Of a DNA stretch of 64,000 bases, positions 37,788 through 47,958 are shown piece by piece (the first letter of the stretch is position 1; each line of letters starts with the position of its first letter). The notes below the pieces were generated by a model. That model ran no database searches, was not told the DNA's origin, and saw only the letters and a program-made list of their open reading frames with translations. The position numbers and the translations under genes are program-made. The DNA is from a virus: IMG/VR virus record IMGVR_UViG_3300043607_000053, one strand, 5' to 3'.

Positions 37788-39158
37788 ATGACCTCAAAAA
37801 TAGTATATGTTTTCCCTTCAAGGGAAAGACCTGAAAGGTTTTTTAAAGCTCTTGATAATCTTCGGGATATGTCCGAATCAAAGGATTATGAAATTTGGGC
37901 AAAGCTAGATCTTGATGATCCAGCAATGTGCAGGCCGGAAATAATTGAAAAAATAAAAACCGAATACCCGGAAGTAACGGTAAAATGGGGTCTAAGTCAG
38001 GGCAAGATTCATGCGGTTAACCGTGATTGCGAGGATTTGCCGGAATGTGACATTATAATAATAATGTCCGATGACATAGTATTTGATGTAAAGGGATTCG
38101 ATTCTGAAATAAAAGAAGCCTTTCAAAAACATTTCCCCGGTTATGACGGAACCGTTCATTTCCCTGAAGATCATGCAGAAGATAGAACCATAATAGTTTC
38201 AATGATTGGCATTAACCTGTATAAAAAACTAGGCTATTTGTACAATCCAATTTATACAAGCGTGTATGCAGATAACGATTTTACAGAGTTGACAAAATTA
38301 ATGGGTAAGTATGTTTTCATAAATCGTCGCCTTTTTAGTCATCCTCACCCAGGCTGGAATCTGTGTGAATGGGACGCATTATACAGGAGAAATGAATCTG
38401 CCAACCTATATCAGGTAGATGGCCAATTATTCAAAAAAAGACAAGAAGAAAACTTTGGCTTAAAATTACAGCTTCCTTCCGTGACGTTAATCTGCATTGA
38501 CAGCGTTGATGCAAACCGGGCAATCAAGGTACTTGAGCATTGCAAGTCTCTGGTAGATTTCGGGGCGGTAAAATTATTAACGCATATTCCGGTAAACTAT
38601 GAGCATCGTGTAAGAATAAAACCGCTAAATTCATTAATAGCATACAGCATATTCATGCTCACAAAAGTTCACGAATATATTGACACGGAACATTTGTTAA
38701 TAGTCCAACGTGATGGATGGATATTAAACCCTCAGTCTTTTGATCGATCCTGGCTGCAATTGGACTTCATAGGGCCATTATTTATTCAGTATGATCGGGT
38801 AGGTTCGGGCGGCTTTTCTATGCGGTCAAAGAGATTGATGCAGTATATTGCGACAAAAGAAATGCCCGAATGGAATTGGACACAAAAGCAAGCCCAGGAA
38901 ATACAGGCTGGCATTTCATATTACGAAGATGGAATTTGCTCCCTGCAGGCGAGGGAAGGGTTCAAAATTGCCTCAGTGGAACAAGCTGCTAACTATGCAC
39001 AGGGCGGGAATTTGAATCCGACATATTTCCGGGAACGGCCTTTTGGTTTTCATCGCACATGGCAAGAGATAGATTTTAAAACAGGATTAGTGGATAGCTC
39101 CGATTTGACAAAAGACCTACACGTAACCTATGATCACGAAATTGATTCTGTATTATGA
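37788..39158 (+). CDS. GT-A glycosyltransferase fused to a DUF5672-like domain
   Basis: N: SRERPE, KIHAVNR, MSDD, YADND; C: HLLIVQRDGWILNP, VGSGGFSMRS, FGFH. Confidence 0.75.
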   Translation: MTSKIVYVFPSRERPERFFKALDNLRDMSESKDYEIWAKLDLDDPAMCRPEIIEKIKTEYPEVTVKWGLSQGKIHAVNRDCEDLPECDIIIIMSDDIVFDVKGFDSEIKEAFQKHFPGYDGTVHFPEDHAEDRTIIVSMIGINLYKKLGYLYNPIYTSVYADNDFTELTKLMGKYVFINRRLFSHPHPGWNLCEWDALYRRNESANLYQVDGQLFKKRQEENFGLKLQLPSVTLICIDSVDANRAIKVLEHCKSLVDFGAVKLLTHIPVNYEHRVRIKPLNSLIAYSIFMLTKVHEYIDTEHLLIVQRDGWILNPQSFDRSWLQLDFIGPLFIQYDRVGSGGFSMRSKRLMQYIATKEMPEWNWTQKQAQEIQAGISYYEDGICSLQAREGFKIASVEQAANYAQGGNLNPTYFRERPFGFHRTWQEIDFKTGLVDSSDLTKDLHVTYDHEIDSVL

Positions 39159-40039
39159 GCCAGGTAGTATATTTAGAAAAAAACGATATTCATTGCACGC
39201 TCACAACATATTTATATTGTCATTTTTGGCAAATGTGGGCAGCAGAACAAATGGGACATGAAGTGTATATACATTGGCCTAAAGGACTTTTTTTGGAGTC
39301 TTATGAAGATCAGGAAAAGTTTGTAGAAACACCCAATGCGTATCTATGGTACTTCAGGCAGCCAAAAGTTCAATTTCCCCCACCACAAAATGAATGCGAA
39401 ACATGGCTATGGGAAAAATGGGCAGATCCATCACCAATTCCCTTCATGGCCCAGCCACTTTCAGTAATCAAAGATTACTACAAAAAAAATCTCATTTTTA
39501 ATGATACAGTTAATGAAAGAGGGCAAGCATTAGTCGATAAATACAACATTGATTTCTCAAAAACAATAGGGGTGACCTGGAGGGGAACGGACGTTTATTT
39601 AGACAGCAGGCCAAGAGTGCCAATTGAAGTCTATTTCCCTTTCATTGATGAACTGATGCAAAAAGAACCTGACCTACGAATTGCGGCAACTGCGGAGGAA
39701 GAAACCATTCTTGATCCATTGCTTGCCCGTTATCCAAATGCTTTCAGGATTGATGAGTTTATTTCTTCTCCTTTTGAATCAAAGCATAATCCGGAAAGAT
39801 TATCTGAAGTGTCTGGCTTCGAGCGCGGCTTACAGCCTGCACTAATGGTTTGGCTGTTCTCGAAATGCGCTCATTATATTAAAAACAGGAGCAGCACGGG
39901 AGCCGTAGCAAGTTGGTTGAGTAGTGGTAGAATTGTCTCTATTTTTCACCCCGAAAACCTGGGATTTCCCGCCAATACCAATACGGTAGAAATAGAAGGG
40001 AAACAATATTCGGTGGACAATAAATTACTCGACGTATGA
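39155..40039 (+). CDS. NodZ/O-fucosyltransferase-like GT-B protein
   Basis: IGVTWRGTD, IAATAEE, LFSKC..YI..RSS. Confidence 0.65.
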   Translation: MSQVVYLEKNDIHCTLTTYLYCHFWQMWAAEQMGHEVYIHWPKGLFLESYEDQEKFVETPNAYLWYFRQPKVQFPPPQNECETWLWEKWADPSPIPFMAQPLSVIKDYYKKNLIFNDTVNERGQALVDKYNIDFSKTIGVTWRGTDVYLDSRPRVPIEVYFPFIDELMQKEPDLRIAATAEEETILDPLLARYPNAFRIDEFISSPFESKHNPERLSEVSGFERGLQPALMVWLFSKCAHYIKNRSSTGAVASWLSSGRIVSIFHPENLGFPANTNTVEIEGKQYSVDNKLLDV

Positions 40040-40251
40040 TTGCTATTGAATTATTAAAGGAATTAGGATGGGAGAGGCAAGAATTATACCCTCCCGGATC
40101 ATCCAAAGCAACCGGATACGAATATATGTACGAAAAGAATGGCAAACGCATTAGAGTTAATGAAACTACTCATCAAATATTTACATATGATGGGGGCGAA
40201 ACCCGAGTAATAGAAAACGAAAAAGAATTATTTGAGTATGGAAATCGTTAA
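40036..40251 (+). CDS. Hypothetical protein
   Basis: Coupled small ORF. Confidence 0.55.
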   Translation: MIAIELLKELGWERQELYPPGSSKATGYEYMYEKNGKRIRVNETTHQIFTYDGGETRVIENEKELFEYGNR

Positions 40252-40870
40252 ATCCAGGGAAGAGTTTTTATACGCCCTTAATGCTTATTTGCCCCTCAAT
40301 TGTCATGGGGTAGAGATAGGCGTTTTGAATGGCGGCTTCTCAAAACAAATTCTACGAATAATCAATCCCAAAACTCTTGTCTTAATAGACCCTTATGAGG
40401 TAAACGGGGTAAAATACAATAGCGGATTAACAACTGCCTATTCCACAGAGCAGGAATATCTGCAGGTACTAAAAACATTTCAATCAGAAATAGAATCAGG
40501 CCAGGTTATAGTTGATCGAAGATTCTCTTACGATGCTGTTAAGGGGTGCTCAGATGGTGTATTTGATTTTGTTTATTTAGACGGGGATCATACTTATGAA
40601 GGTGTGAAAAGAGATTTGCATGATTGGCTAAGTAAATTGACAAAAGAAGGAATAATGTCTGGTCACGACTATATAGACCTTGCTGACTTTGGTATTATTC
40701 AGGCAGTCGATGAATTTTGCAAAGAACATGGATTTGAGATGATAATTCTGAATGAAAATGGCGGTGATTGGGCTTGTGGGCAAATATGTGTGCATGATTG
40801 GGAATGGTGCGGCTCTTTAGCCATAAAATGTACAAAGTGCGGCAAAATAGAGAAGGACGAAAATGCATAA
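40232..40870 (+). CDS. Class I SAM methyltransferase (Methyltransf_24-like)
   Basis: VEIGV..G, FDFVYLDGDHTYEGV..D, GHDY. Confidence 0.85.
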   Translation: MSMEIVKSREEFLYALNAYLPLNCHGVEIGVLNGGFSKQILRIINPKTLVLIDPYEVNGVKYNSGLTTAYSTEQEYLQVLKTFQSEIESGQVIVDRRFSYDAVKGCSDGVFDFVYLDGDHTYEGVKRDLHDWLSKLTKEGIMSGHDYIDLADFGIIQAVDEFCKEHGFEMIILNENGGDWACGQICVHDWEWCGSLAIKCTKCGKIEKDENA

Positions 40871-40872
40871 AA

Positions 40873-41442
40873 ATGACACTCAAAGAACTTTGTGCTAAAT
40901 ATAAGAAAGGAGATTGGCCGGATAAGGATTCGGTACATAGCTACATTGATGTATATGAGGAAATTCTCGCACCATATCGGCATACCGCAAAGAATATCCT
41001 TGAAATAGGTTTAATGAGCGGGGAAAGCCTTCGCATGTGGACGGAATATTTTGATGGAAAAGTATATGGAATGGATTGCAGCGAAACGCCTATTGACGGA
41101 CTTGCCGATCTTCGCCCCATTATTGCAGAAGGTAAGCATAATATTTGTATAGGGGATGCAACAAGCCAGGAATACGTTGAACGTTTTTTTTCAGACATCA
41201 AATTCGACGTTATCATAGAGGATGCCTCACATCAACTAATGCACCAACTTCAGATTTACGATAACGTAAAGGATAAAATGAACAAAGGAGGTATTATGAT
41301 TATTGAAGATGTGCAGGACATAGATGCCAACAGAGGTTTTTTTGAAGCACTTGATCCATACAAGAAAATTGAAATACTTGACAGACGGCATATTAAGGGA
41401 AGGTACGACGATGTATTAATAATTATAACCGATAAATCATGA
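40873..41442 (+). CDS. Class I SAM (sugar O-)methyltransferase
   Basis: DKDSVHSYIDVY, ILEIGL..G.SL..W, FDVIIEDASH. Confidence 0.85.
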   Translation: MTLKELCAKYKKGDWPDKDSVHSYIDVYEEILAPYRHTAKNILEIGLMSGESLRMWTEYFDGKVYGMDCSETPIDGLADLRPIIAEGKHNICIGDATSQEYVERFFSDIKFDVIIEDASHQLMHQLQIYDNVKDKMNKGGIMIIEDVQDIDANRGFFEALDPYKKIEILDRRHIKGRYDDVLIIITDKS

Positions 41443-42014
41443 ATCAGCTTTCAGTGCTAATTTGCTCTCTTGACAAGAGGTTGGATCAACTTGATGGATT
41501 GCTAAAACAATTATATAGCCAAAGACTAAAACTGGAATTTCCAAACCAGGTCCAATTTCGTATAGAAAGGGATAATGGGGAAATGTCAGTAGGAGCAAAA
41601 AGAAATAAACTGCTCGAAAGAGCAACAGGAGAATATTTGTGTTTCTGCGACGACGACGATAAAGTGTCGGACAATTATCTGGAATTGTTAGTAAAAGCAA
41701 CTGAATCAGGTTGCGATTGCGCAAGTTTAAAAGGACAAATAACAATTGATGGTGGCCCTCCTGAAATATTTGAACACTCTCTAAAGTATAATGAGTGGCT
41801 GACAAATCCTGAAGGGGCAGAAATCCGTTACGAAAGATATCCCAATCATCTCAACCTGATTAAATCTTCAATAGCCAAAAAATTTAAGTTCCCGGAAAAA
41901 AGTCATGGAGAAGATCATGATTGGAGCAGGCAAATTCACGAATCGGGGTTACTTAAAACCGAACATTACATACCAGAAGTAATTTATTATTACAACTATA
42001 TATCAAACAAATGA
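41439..42014 (+). CDS. GT2-family glycosyltransferase
   Basis: LSVLICS, VGAKRN, GEYLCFCDDDD. Confidence 0.85.
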   Translation: MNQLSVLICSLDKRLDQLDGLLKQLYSQRLKLEFPNQVQFRIERDNGEMSVGAKRNKLLERATGEYLCFCDDDDKVSDNYLELLVKATESGCDCASLKGQITIDGGPPEIFEHSLKYNEWLTNPEGAEIRYERYPNHLNLIKSSIAKKFKFPEKSHGEDHDWSRQIHESGLLKTEHYIPEVIYYYNYISNK

Positions 42015-42607
42015 GTAATTATAGCCAGAACGAAGAGCAGTTATTTATACTTGATTATTTTCAAGATAAACTAATTGGCAATTTTATTGACATCGGGGCC
42101 TATGATGTATTTAGGTTTTCCAATACCAGAGCCTTATATGAAAAGGGATGGTCTGGTAAATTGATCGAACCAGCCCCTCAAAATTATAAAGCTATAGCCG
42201 ATCATTACAAAGATGATCCGCGAATTGAAGTATTAAATTTTGCGGTAGGCGATCCACCAGGAGAGATAGATTTTTACGAATCAGATGGTGATGCTGTAGG
42301 GACTACTGATGAAGCGCACATGAAAAAATGGAAGGACGCCGGTGTTAATTATACCAAAATCGTGGTTCCTCAAATGGGAGTAGTTGATTTCTTTAACAAG
42401 TACGGCAAAGGAGTTGACTTTTTGAGTATAGATACAGAAGCTACTAATATAGCAGTATTCAGAAACATCCCTCAATTGGTGTTTGAACAAATACAACTCA
42501 TTTGCATAGAACATGATAATAATATTACTGAGATAGAAGAGATGTGTGCTAAGTATGGTCTTACTACCATCTATACTAATGCCGAAAATATATTGTTAGC
42601 CAAATGA
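42011..42607 (+). CDS. FkbM-family methyltransferase
   Basis: YSQNEE, FIDIGAYD, SNT, IEP, DFLSIDTE. Confidence 0.85.
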   Translation: MSNYSQNEEQLFILDYFQDKLIGNFIDIGAYDVFRFSNTRALYEKGWSGKLIEPAPQNYKAIADHYKDDPRIEVLNFAVGDPPGEIDFYESDGDAVGTTDEAHMKKWKDAGVNYTKIVVPQMGVVDFFNKYGKGVDFLSIDTEATNIAVFRNIPQLVFEQIQLICIEHDNNITEIEEMCAKYGLTTIYTNAENILLAK

Positions 42608-42897
42608 CCATACACAGTAAAATGCGCTTACCACTTTCGTTTTTTTCCGACGATATCGCATGGTGCAGGGAGCTTATAAGGAAAAACCATTATAATCCGG
42701 CCTATTTCTCATTTTCAGAAGGCAGCATCCCAGTAGAGGATTTGCAGAGCAAGTAGTACCTTTAGCTGGTGGGGTGCATGGCTAAATCACAATCCTGATA
42801 AAATTGTCATAGCACCTGGTACCTGGTTCGGACCCGATATGGGCCGGTGAGCACGAAAGATCTGATCCCTGAAAACTGCGAAAAACTGATCATTTAG
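42604..42897 (+). pseudogene. Degraded GT11 alpha-1,2-fucosyltransferase
   Basis: FSDDIAWC / [26 protein letters not shown] / TKDLIPE in shifting frames; N-terminal part missing. Confidence 0.8.
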
Positions 42898-42920
42898 GAA
42901 CAGCCACCAAATTTTCCATA

Positions 42921-43214
42921 ATGGAAAGCCAATCATATTTATTTCTACTGTTAAATATCGAAGGTTATTACGATCTTAAAAGGTTAGCAGGCCGGGGTAT
43001 CTGCGGGATACGCAGCGCTATTTTCACCAGCGATCTATGCTACGGTTGTGACATAGAAGGATTTCAGGGAAGATATTGTTTTCAAACTCCGGGCGAAGCC
43101 AGGAAATCACTTAAAGAGTGGAATGGTCAGGGTGATCCTCCTGGTAATTGGATTAAGCATAAAGGTGGTTCTGAATACTTAAATCCCAATTATGACAGAG
43201 CAACAGCAAGCTAA
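42921..43214 (+). CDS. Hypothetical phage protein
   Basis: RYCF...EWNGQGDPPGNWIKHKG. Confidence 0.65.
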   Translation: MESQSYLFLLLNIEGYYDLKRLAGRGICGIRSAIFTSDLCYGCDIEGFQGRYCFQTPGEARKSLKEWNGQGDPPGNWIKHKGGSEYLNPNYDRATAS

Positions 43215-43605
43215 AGACAATAAAAACACCTCGATCTATATTGCTACTGATCCACGGCATATAGAAAGTTTATTAAAGTTGCGTGTTCATGGGGTTGACA
43301 TTAGCTATGGGCGAATGCCTGATGATAACAACAATGAAAAAGCTATACAGATTCCTGATATCGAGAAACGATCGCTAAGGATAAAACTTGCTGATTGCGT
43401 CATATTGTACGCGGAATATAAAGAACATATCGATATTCTTTCAGTTGAAGCCGGTATTTGTATTTCCGAAGGAAAAGAACTGATCATCGCCGGCAGCATA
43501 AGCGAGGATATCAGTGCCGAAATTATGGCATATAGTAAATGTGTTTATTTTCCTGAATTAGCAGATGCGTTGAATTATGCCAGAAGCCTTTACTATAATA
43601 AATGA
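43192..43605 (+). CDS. Possible nucleoside 2-deoxyribosyltransferase-like protein
   Basis: IYIA...IKLADCVILY...VEAGICISEGKELIIAG. Confidence 0.45.
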   Translation: MTEQQQAKDNKNTSIYIATDPRHIESLLKLRVHGVDISYGRMPDDNNNEKAIQIPDIEKRSLRIKLADCVILYAEYKEHIDILSVEAGICISEGKELIIAGSISEDISAEIMAYSKCVYFPELADALNYARSLYYNK

Positions 43606-43901
43606 TTACCTACCGTAAACCCGACCAGATGACTAATTTTCCTGAGTTCCGCCTGGGAGCCAACATACGCAAATCTCCGTCACCGGACGATCCTTTTGCA
43701 GAGCAGCCCGGTACAATGGAACAATACATATTCCGGTTGCTGGCTAATGTGGAAAGCAAATTAAAGCAGTTGCCTGCTGTGGAAGGAATGGCAATGCAGG
43801 AAAGGGTAAAATTTCATTCTCTGGCTTCGCAGCGGGACATATTGTACATGATTTTAACAGGGCACAATAATCCGCTGTGCAATGCTAAACAGGAACTATA
43901 A
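43602..43901 (+). CDS. Hypothetical protein
   Basis: Coupled ORF. Confidence 0.55.
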   Translation: MITYRKPDQMTNFPEFRLGANIRKSPSPDDPFAEQPGTMEQYIFRLLANVESKLKQLPAVEGMAMQERVKFHSLASQRDILYMILTGHNNPLCNAKQEL

Positions 43902-43909
43902 ATAATCGT

Positions 43910-44233
43910 ATGCTGAATAATGAACAAAAATATCAGCTCATCTTTACGGCCTGCTGTGCTTACATGGACGTAAACCCTGATAAGATAACCGAGAAAACCC
44001 GGAAGAAGCCCATACCCCTTACCAGGCAAATGATTGCCTACCTGATCAACAAAAACACTTCTTTGGTTTATAAGGAAATAGCTGAAAAAATCGGCTGGGC
44101 AGATCATACGATGGTCAATAAAGCCATAAATAAGATGAAAGCATACTTACGTCTCCAGCCGGAAGTGCGGGAACAGGTGAAAGGTATAGCCACGAACATA
44201 AGAGATTCAAACGGTATTATTATAATGCAATGA
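43910..44233 (+). CDS. Stand-alone DnaA domain IV-like HTH protein
   Basis: KTRKKPIPLTRQMIAYL...YKEIAEKIGWADHTMVNKAI. Confidence 0.8.
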   Translation: MLNNEQKYQLIFTACCAYMDVNPDKITEKTRKKPIPLTRQMIAYLINKNTSLVYKEIAEKIGWADHTMVNKAINKMKAYLRLQPEVREQVKGIATNIRDSNGIIIMQ

Positions 44234-44883
44234 CACCGGATATCAGTATTTGTATGCCCTGCTTCGGACGTCCTTTAAGGACCAGAAGAATGCTGGAATG
44301 TCTCGGTGCGCAGACAAAAACCGGATTTGAGCTACTATTGATAGGAGATGGGTGCACGGATTTTGAACGAATGATCAATTCGCAATGGTACTTGAACTGG
44401 CAGAAGGAGTTTTTGAAAAAAAAGAATAAATTATTTCAGATCAATTTTTCAAAAAACTATGGGGGATATGGCGCCGAAGCCCTGAATGTAGGCATTTGGC
44501 ACGCGAAAGGCCGGTACTTCTGTTTTGCAAACAATGACGACATTGTGGCCCCGGAACACATTGAATTTTACCTACTGGCCATGAAAAACCTGTCCCGGTT
44601 CGATCCGGATTTTGTTTATACAAAAACCATGATCAATAGTGGGCATGGGTTTTTTGAGCGAGATCCTTCCCTTAAATTTGGGTGCGTAGGCCATAGCGAA
44701 CTGATTGTCCGGACTGAATTTTTAAAGAAAATGCCGCCTTATGAATCGGTCTATGGCCACGATTGGAAACAGATCGACAATATGATGGTGGTATCGCGAT
44801 CCTATAAAAAAGCTGTAAATATTCCGTTCCCTACCTATTACGTAATGAGTACACCCGATTTTCGTGAAACTGAAATTGATTGA
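44230..44883 (+). CDS. GT2-family glycosyltransferase
   Basis: ISICMPCFGRP, IGDGC, ALNVGI..AKGRYFCFANNDD. Confidence 0.8.
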   Translation: MTPDISICMPCFGRPLRTRRMLECLGAQTKTGFELLLIGDGCTDFERMINSQWYLNWQKEFLKKKNKLFQINFSKNYGGYGAEALNVGIWHAKGRYFCFANNDDIVAPEHIEFYLLAMKNLSRFDPDFVYTKTMINSGHGFFERDPSLKFGCVGHSELIVRTEFLKKMPPYESVYGHDWKQIDNMMVVSRSYKKAVNIPFPTYYVMSTPDFRETEID

Positions 44884-44884
44884 T

Positions 44885-45175
44885 ATGGAAAACAAATCGA
44901 TTACTCCGCTGATGTCCGGCCTTATCGTTGGTCTTTTGGTTTACTGGTTTATGTCCCGCAGGCAAAGAAAAACCAAGACCGCATCGGTAAAAAATCAAAC
45001 GCCGGCACGTAGTAAAGCCACTCCGCAAAAGGATATCCACCAAATGTCTGTGGAAGAATTGAGGGGTATGCTAACAGAAGCCATCCAGGAAGACACAAAG
45101 GAATCTTACCTGGAAGCTGGCAGGATCCGGGACCAGATAGCATCAATGAAGAAGCATAAATATCGATCAACTTAA
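44885..45175 (+). CDS. Membrane-anchored protein with a UVR-like C-terminal hairpin
   Basis: TM; EAIQED..ESYLEAGRIRDQI. Confidence 0.55.
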   Translation: MENKSITPLMSGLIVGLLVYWFMSRRQRKTKTASVKNQTPARSKATPQKDIHQMSVEELRGMLTEAIQEDTKESYLEAGRIRDQIASMKKHKYRST

Positions 45176-45185
45176 AATAGCAACT

Positions 45186-45467
45186 ATGACACAAGTAGAA
45201 TGTGAAAAAATACCCAAAGAAGCGAAGGCTCTTAAAGCAATTGTTATGGGAGGATACGCAATCTTTTGCCAGGGATTTCTAAAAGCCGCCAACGTCACAA
45301 GTGAACTGCACAGTGTCGATAAGAAAAAAGGAATACCTGCCTATGGATTTATTATGTACAAAAAGGAAAAGGTATATTATTGTCGGTATGGTTTCATCAA
45401 CAGTCCTGATATATACGATAACGAACAATTAAAAGATAAACATGGCAAAAATCAAGTTGGGGTATAA
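45186..45467 (+). CDS. Hypothetical protein
   Basis: 93 aa. Confidence 0.55.
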   Translation: MTQVECEKIPKEAKALKAIVMGGYAIFCQGFLKAANVTSELHSVDKKKGIPAYGFIMYKKEKVYYCRYGFINSPDIYDNEQLKDKHGKNQVGV

Positions 45468-47175
45468 AGTTGGCACTTCTGAAGAGGTTTTTATTAAACC
45501 TTCACACATGATTGTAACCGGTGTTACTCAATTATCCGGGAAGACTACTACGCTGGAAGCTCTTTTGGCACGCCAGGATCAAAACGTAAAAGCGATTGTT
45601 TTTAAAACAAAGCCTGGAGAACGAAGTTTTTCCGATGGTGATATTATTCCTCCTTTTTTCCGCGACCGGTCGGATTATGAATTTGTCCGGTCACTCATCG
45701 AGGCATATAACAGGGAGAAATTGGGTATTGAAAAGGGTACCCTTATGACTGTCTGTAAAGGCACTAACAGTTTGTTGGAAATTAAAAAGAAAGTAGATGA
45801 AGCAATGGCTTCAGGTAAACTAAGGGGCATCAATTTGGAGATCAATACGCGGCTGCAGCATTACCTTGATATGTTGATCCCGCAGATACAGGCAGCTCAA
45901 TTATCGCGCACTCTTGATCTCCTACCCGGAATTAACATAATGAACCTGGAAAGATTTTCGGTTGAAGCCCAAAGCCTGATTATCCAGGCCGTTGCCGGCG
46001 AAGTTTTAAAAAACCTGAACAATACCATCTTGGTAATACCGGAAGCATGGAAGTTCCTGCCTCAAAAATATAATAACCCCTGTAAACGAACAGTGGAAGA
46101 GTATATAAGGCAGGGAGCTGCCAACCAAAATTTCGTTTGGGTAGATTCTCAGGATATGGCCGGCGTGGACAAAAGCCCATTGAAACAGATATCAGTGTGG
46201 GTACTGGGCTATCAGTCAGAAATAAACGAGGTAAAACACACGCTTGCTCAAATTCCATTGCCTGCAAAATTAAAGCCTAAAGAAGAGCACATAATGAACC
46301 TTAAAATAGGCCAGTTTTTTGTAAGTACCGGGGAAAATGTAACAAAAGTATATGTGCAGCCTTCCTGGATGGATGATAAAACGGCTATTTCCATTTCAAA
46401 AGGTCAGGCGCAGGCGTCAGACTTCAAAGCGCCGCTAACATTTAAAAAATCTAAATTCCGTATTCCCGTTGCATCAGATCCTACCCCCGGACCAGGCAAT
46501 GACCAAGTTGCTCAACTAAGGAAGGAGATCAATGAGGTTAGAATAGATTTCCATAATAAAATTGATGAGCTGGTAGATAGTGTACAAGAAAGTTATGATA
46601 AAATACAAAGGAGTTTAGGATTATCTGAAAATTTTAATAAGCCAGAGCTGCCAAACATCGATAATATAGTAACATTGGTACTTCAGAAAATGCCACTTCA
46701 AAAGAAAGTGACAGCGGAAGTACCCGTACAGGCAATCGATGTAAAATCACTGATCCCCGAAATATTAAAGCATCTGCCGGCAGGTGGGGGAGCTGCTGTG
46801 TACCAGGTAGCGCCGCTGGAAAAAATAAGGCAAAATTTTCTTCAGGAGATCCGGGATAAAATTTTGGCAGATATCAAAAGCCTCACCGATCGGCAACGAA
46901 AAATATTAAGGTTTGTGGAAGCATCGGGACAAGGCTGTAACATATCGCATATCATTGAAAAACTTTTTATGCAATCTGCTACCAGTTCCGGTACGCGAAA
47001 TTGGGTATCAAAGGAGAACAGCATCTTGTCGTCATTGAATTTATCCAGGAAAGACAAAAATGGCAGCCTATTCCCTTTACTCAAAGAACGCATTAAAGAG
47101 TTAATGGGAAATCATGGCGCCAAAGAAACTGAAATTGACAACTTGTATAATCATATAATGGCAGAGTTAATATAA
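45442..47175 (+). CDS. HerA/FtsK-like (DUF87-type) ATPase with coiled coil and C-terminal wHTH-like region
   Basis: HMIVTGVTQLSGKTTT, LVIPEAWKF, IRQG, VDSQ. Confidence 0.7.
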   Translation: MAKIKLGYKVGTSEEVFIKPSHMIVTGVTQLSGKTTTLEALLARQDQNVKAIVFKTKPGERSFSDGDIIPPFFRDRSDYEFVRSLIEAYNREKLGIEKGTLMTVCKGTNSLLEIKKKVDEAMASGKLRGINLEINTRLQHYLDMLIPQIQAAQLSRTLDLLPGINIMNLERFSVEAQSLIIQAVAGEVLKNLNNTILVIPEAWKFLPQKYNNPCKRTVEEYIRQGAANQNFVWVDSQDMAGVDKSPLKQISVWVLGYQSEINEVKHTLAQIPLPAKLKPKEEHIMNLKIGQFFVSTGENVTKVYVQPSWMDDKTAISISKGQAQASDFKAPLTFKKSKFRIPVASDPTPGPGNDQVAQLRKEINEVRIDFHNKIDELVDSVQESYDKIQRSLGLSENFNKPELPNIDNIVTLVLQKMPLQKKVTAEVPVQAIDVKSLIPEILKHLPAGGGAAVYQVAPLEKIRQNFLQEIRDKILADIKSLTDRQRKILRFVEASGQGCNISHIIEKLFMQSATSSGTRNWVSKENSILSSLNLSRKDKNGSLFPLLKERIKELMGNHGAKETEIDNLYNHIMAELI

Positions 47176-47200
47176 GGTAACGGCTATTGATTAATGCTGC

Positions 47201-47476
47201 ATGAACCTACTCGAAATAAAACCAAAGTATGTCGAATATATGCCAGAAGAGCTGGAAAATGGCATACTTTATATTTCTGATAAATTCCAAATTGCTATTC
47301 ACTTGTGTGCGTGTGGATGTTGCGGGCAGACAGTAACACCATTGGGCGACGATGGATGGATATTGTCAAAAATTGGAGAAGCCGTAACATTAAGACCGTC
47401 TATTGGAAATTGGTCGGGAGAGAGCCCCTATCACGCTCATTATTACATAACGGAAAACAAAATTCAATGGTTATAA
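47201..47476 (+). CDS. DUF6527-like metal-binding protein
   Basis: HLCACGC, VTLRPSIGNW, HAHYYIT. Confidence 0.75.
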   Translation: MNLLEIKPKYVEYMPEELENGILYISDKFQIAIHLCACGCCGQTVTPLGDDGWILSKIGEAVTLRPSIGNWSGESPYHAHYYITENKIQWL

Positions 47477-47490
47477 TCGTTTCCAAAAGC

Positions 47491-47958
47491 ATGAAACAAC
47501 TATCAGATAAGGAGCGCAAAATATTGGGGTTTTCTTTATTTACTTACTGTATTAAAGAAGGACCATCTTCACTTTCGGAAGTAGAAAATTTGGTAAACAA
47601 AATTGGGGTTATGCCTCAATTTGAGTTTTTTGCAAAAGACTGCATTGCATTCCTAAGTAAGAAAAAGTCATATACTAGTGATCTTTCATTAATAGCATTG
47701 TGTTACCATAAGCATGTAGAAGATATGGATGGTGCTGTTAGTTTCACTTACGACCAATACGAAGAATTTTGGCTTAACAACAGCGCCGGCAGCAGCTACA
47801 AGTTAAAAAACAGGAATAATTCAGTGGAGAATTGTAAAATAGTATATTATCCATTACCATATTACAGGGACCTGCGTGCACTCGTTGAAGTAAAAAACAA
47901 GAATGTAACCTTTACCGATTACCGGGAGGTCCCTGTACAATTCCTGTCAAAAATTTAA
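47491..47958 (+). CDS. Hypothetical protein
   Basis: ATG 47491. Confidence 0.55.
   Translation: MKQLSDKERKILGFSLFTYCIKEGPSSLSEVENLVNKIGVMPQFEFFAKDCIAFLSKKKSYTSDLSLIALCYHKHVEDMDGAVSFTYDQYEEFWLNNSAGSSYKLKNRNNSVENCKIVYYPLPYYRDLRALVEVKNKNVTFTDYREVPVQFLSKI

Noticed and set aside
43910-44233. Chromosomal dnaA / oriC
   Set aside because: Only domain IV is present; there is no AAA+ domain or dnaN context.
32810-44883. Host capsule/LPS locus
   Set aside because: No wzx, wzy, wza or nucleotide-sugar genes; interleaved with phage-type hypotheticals.
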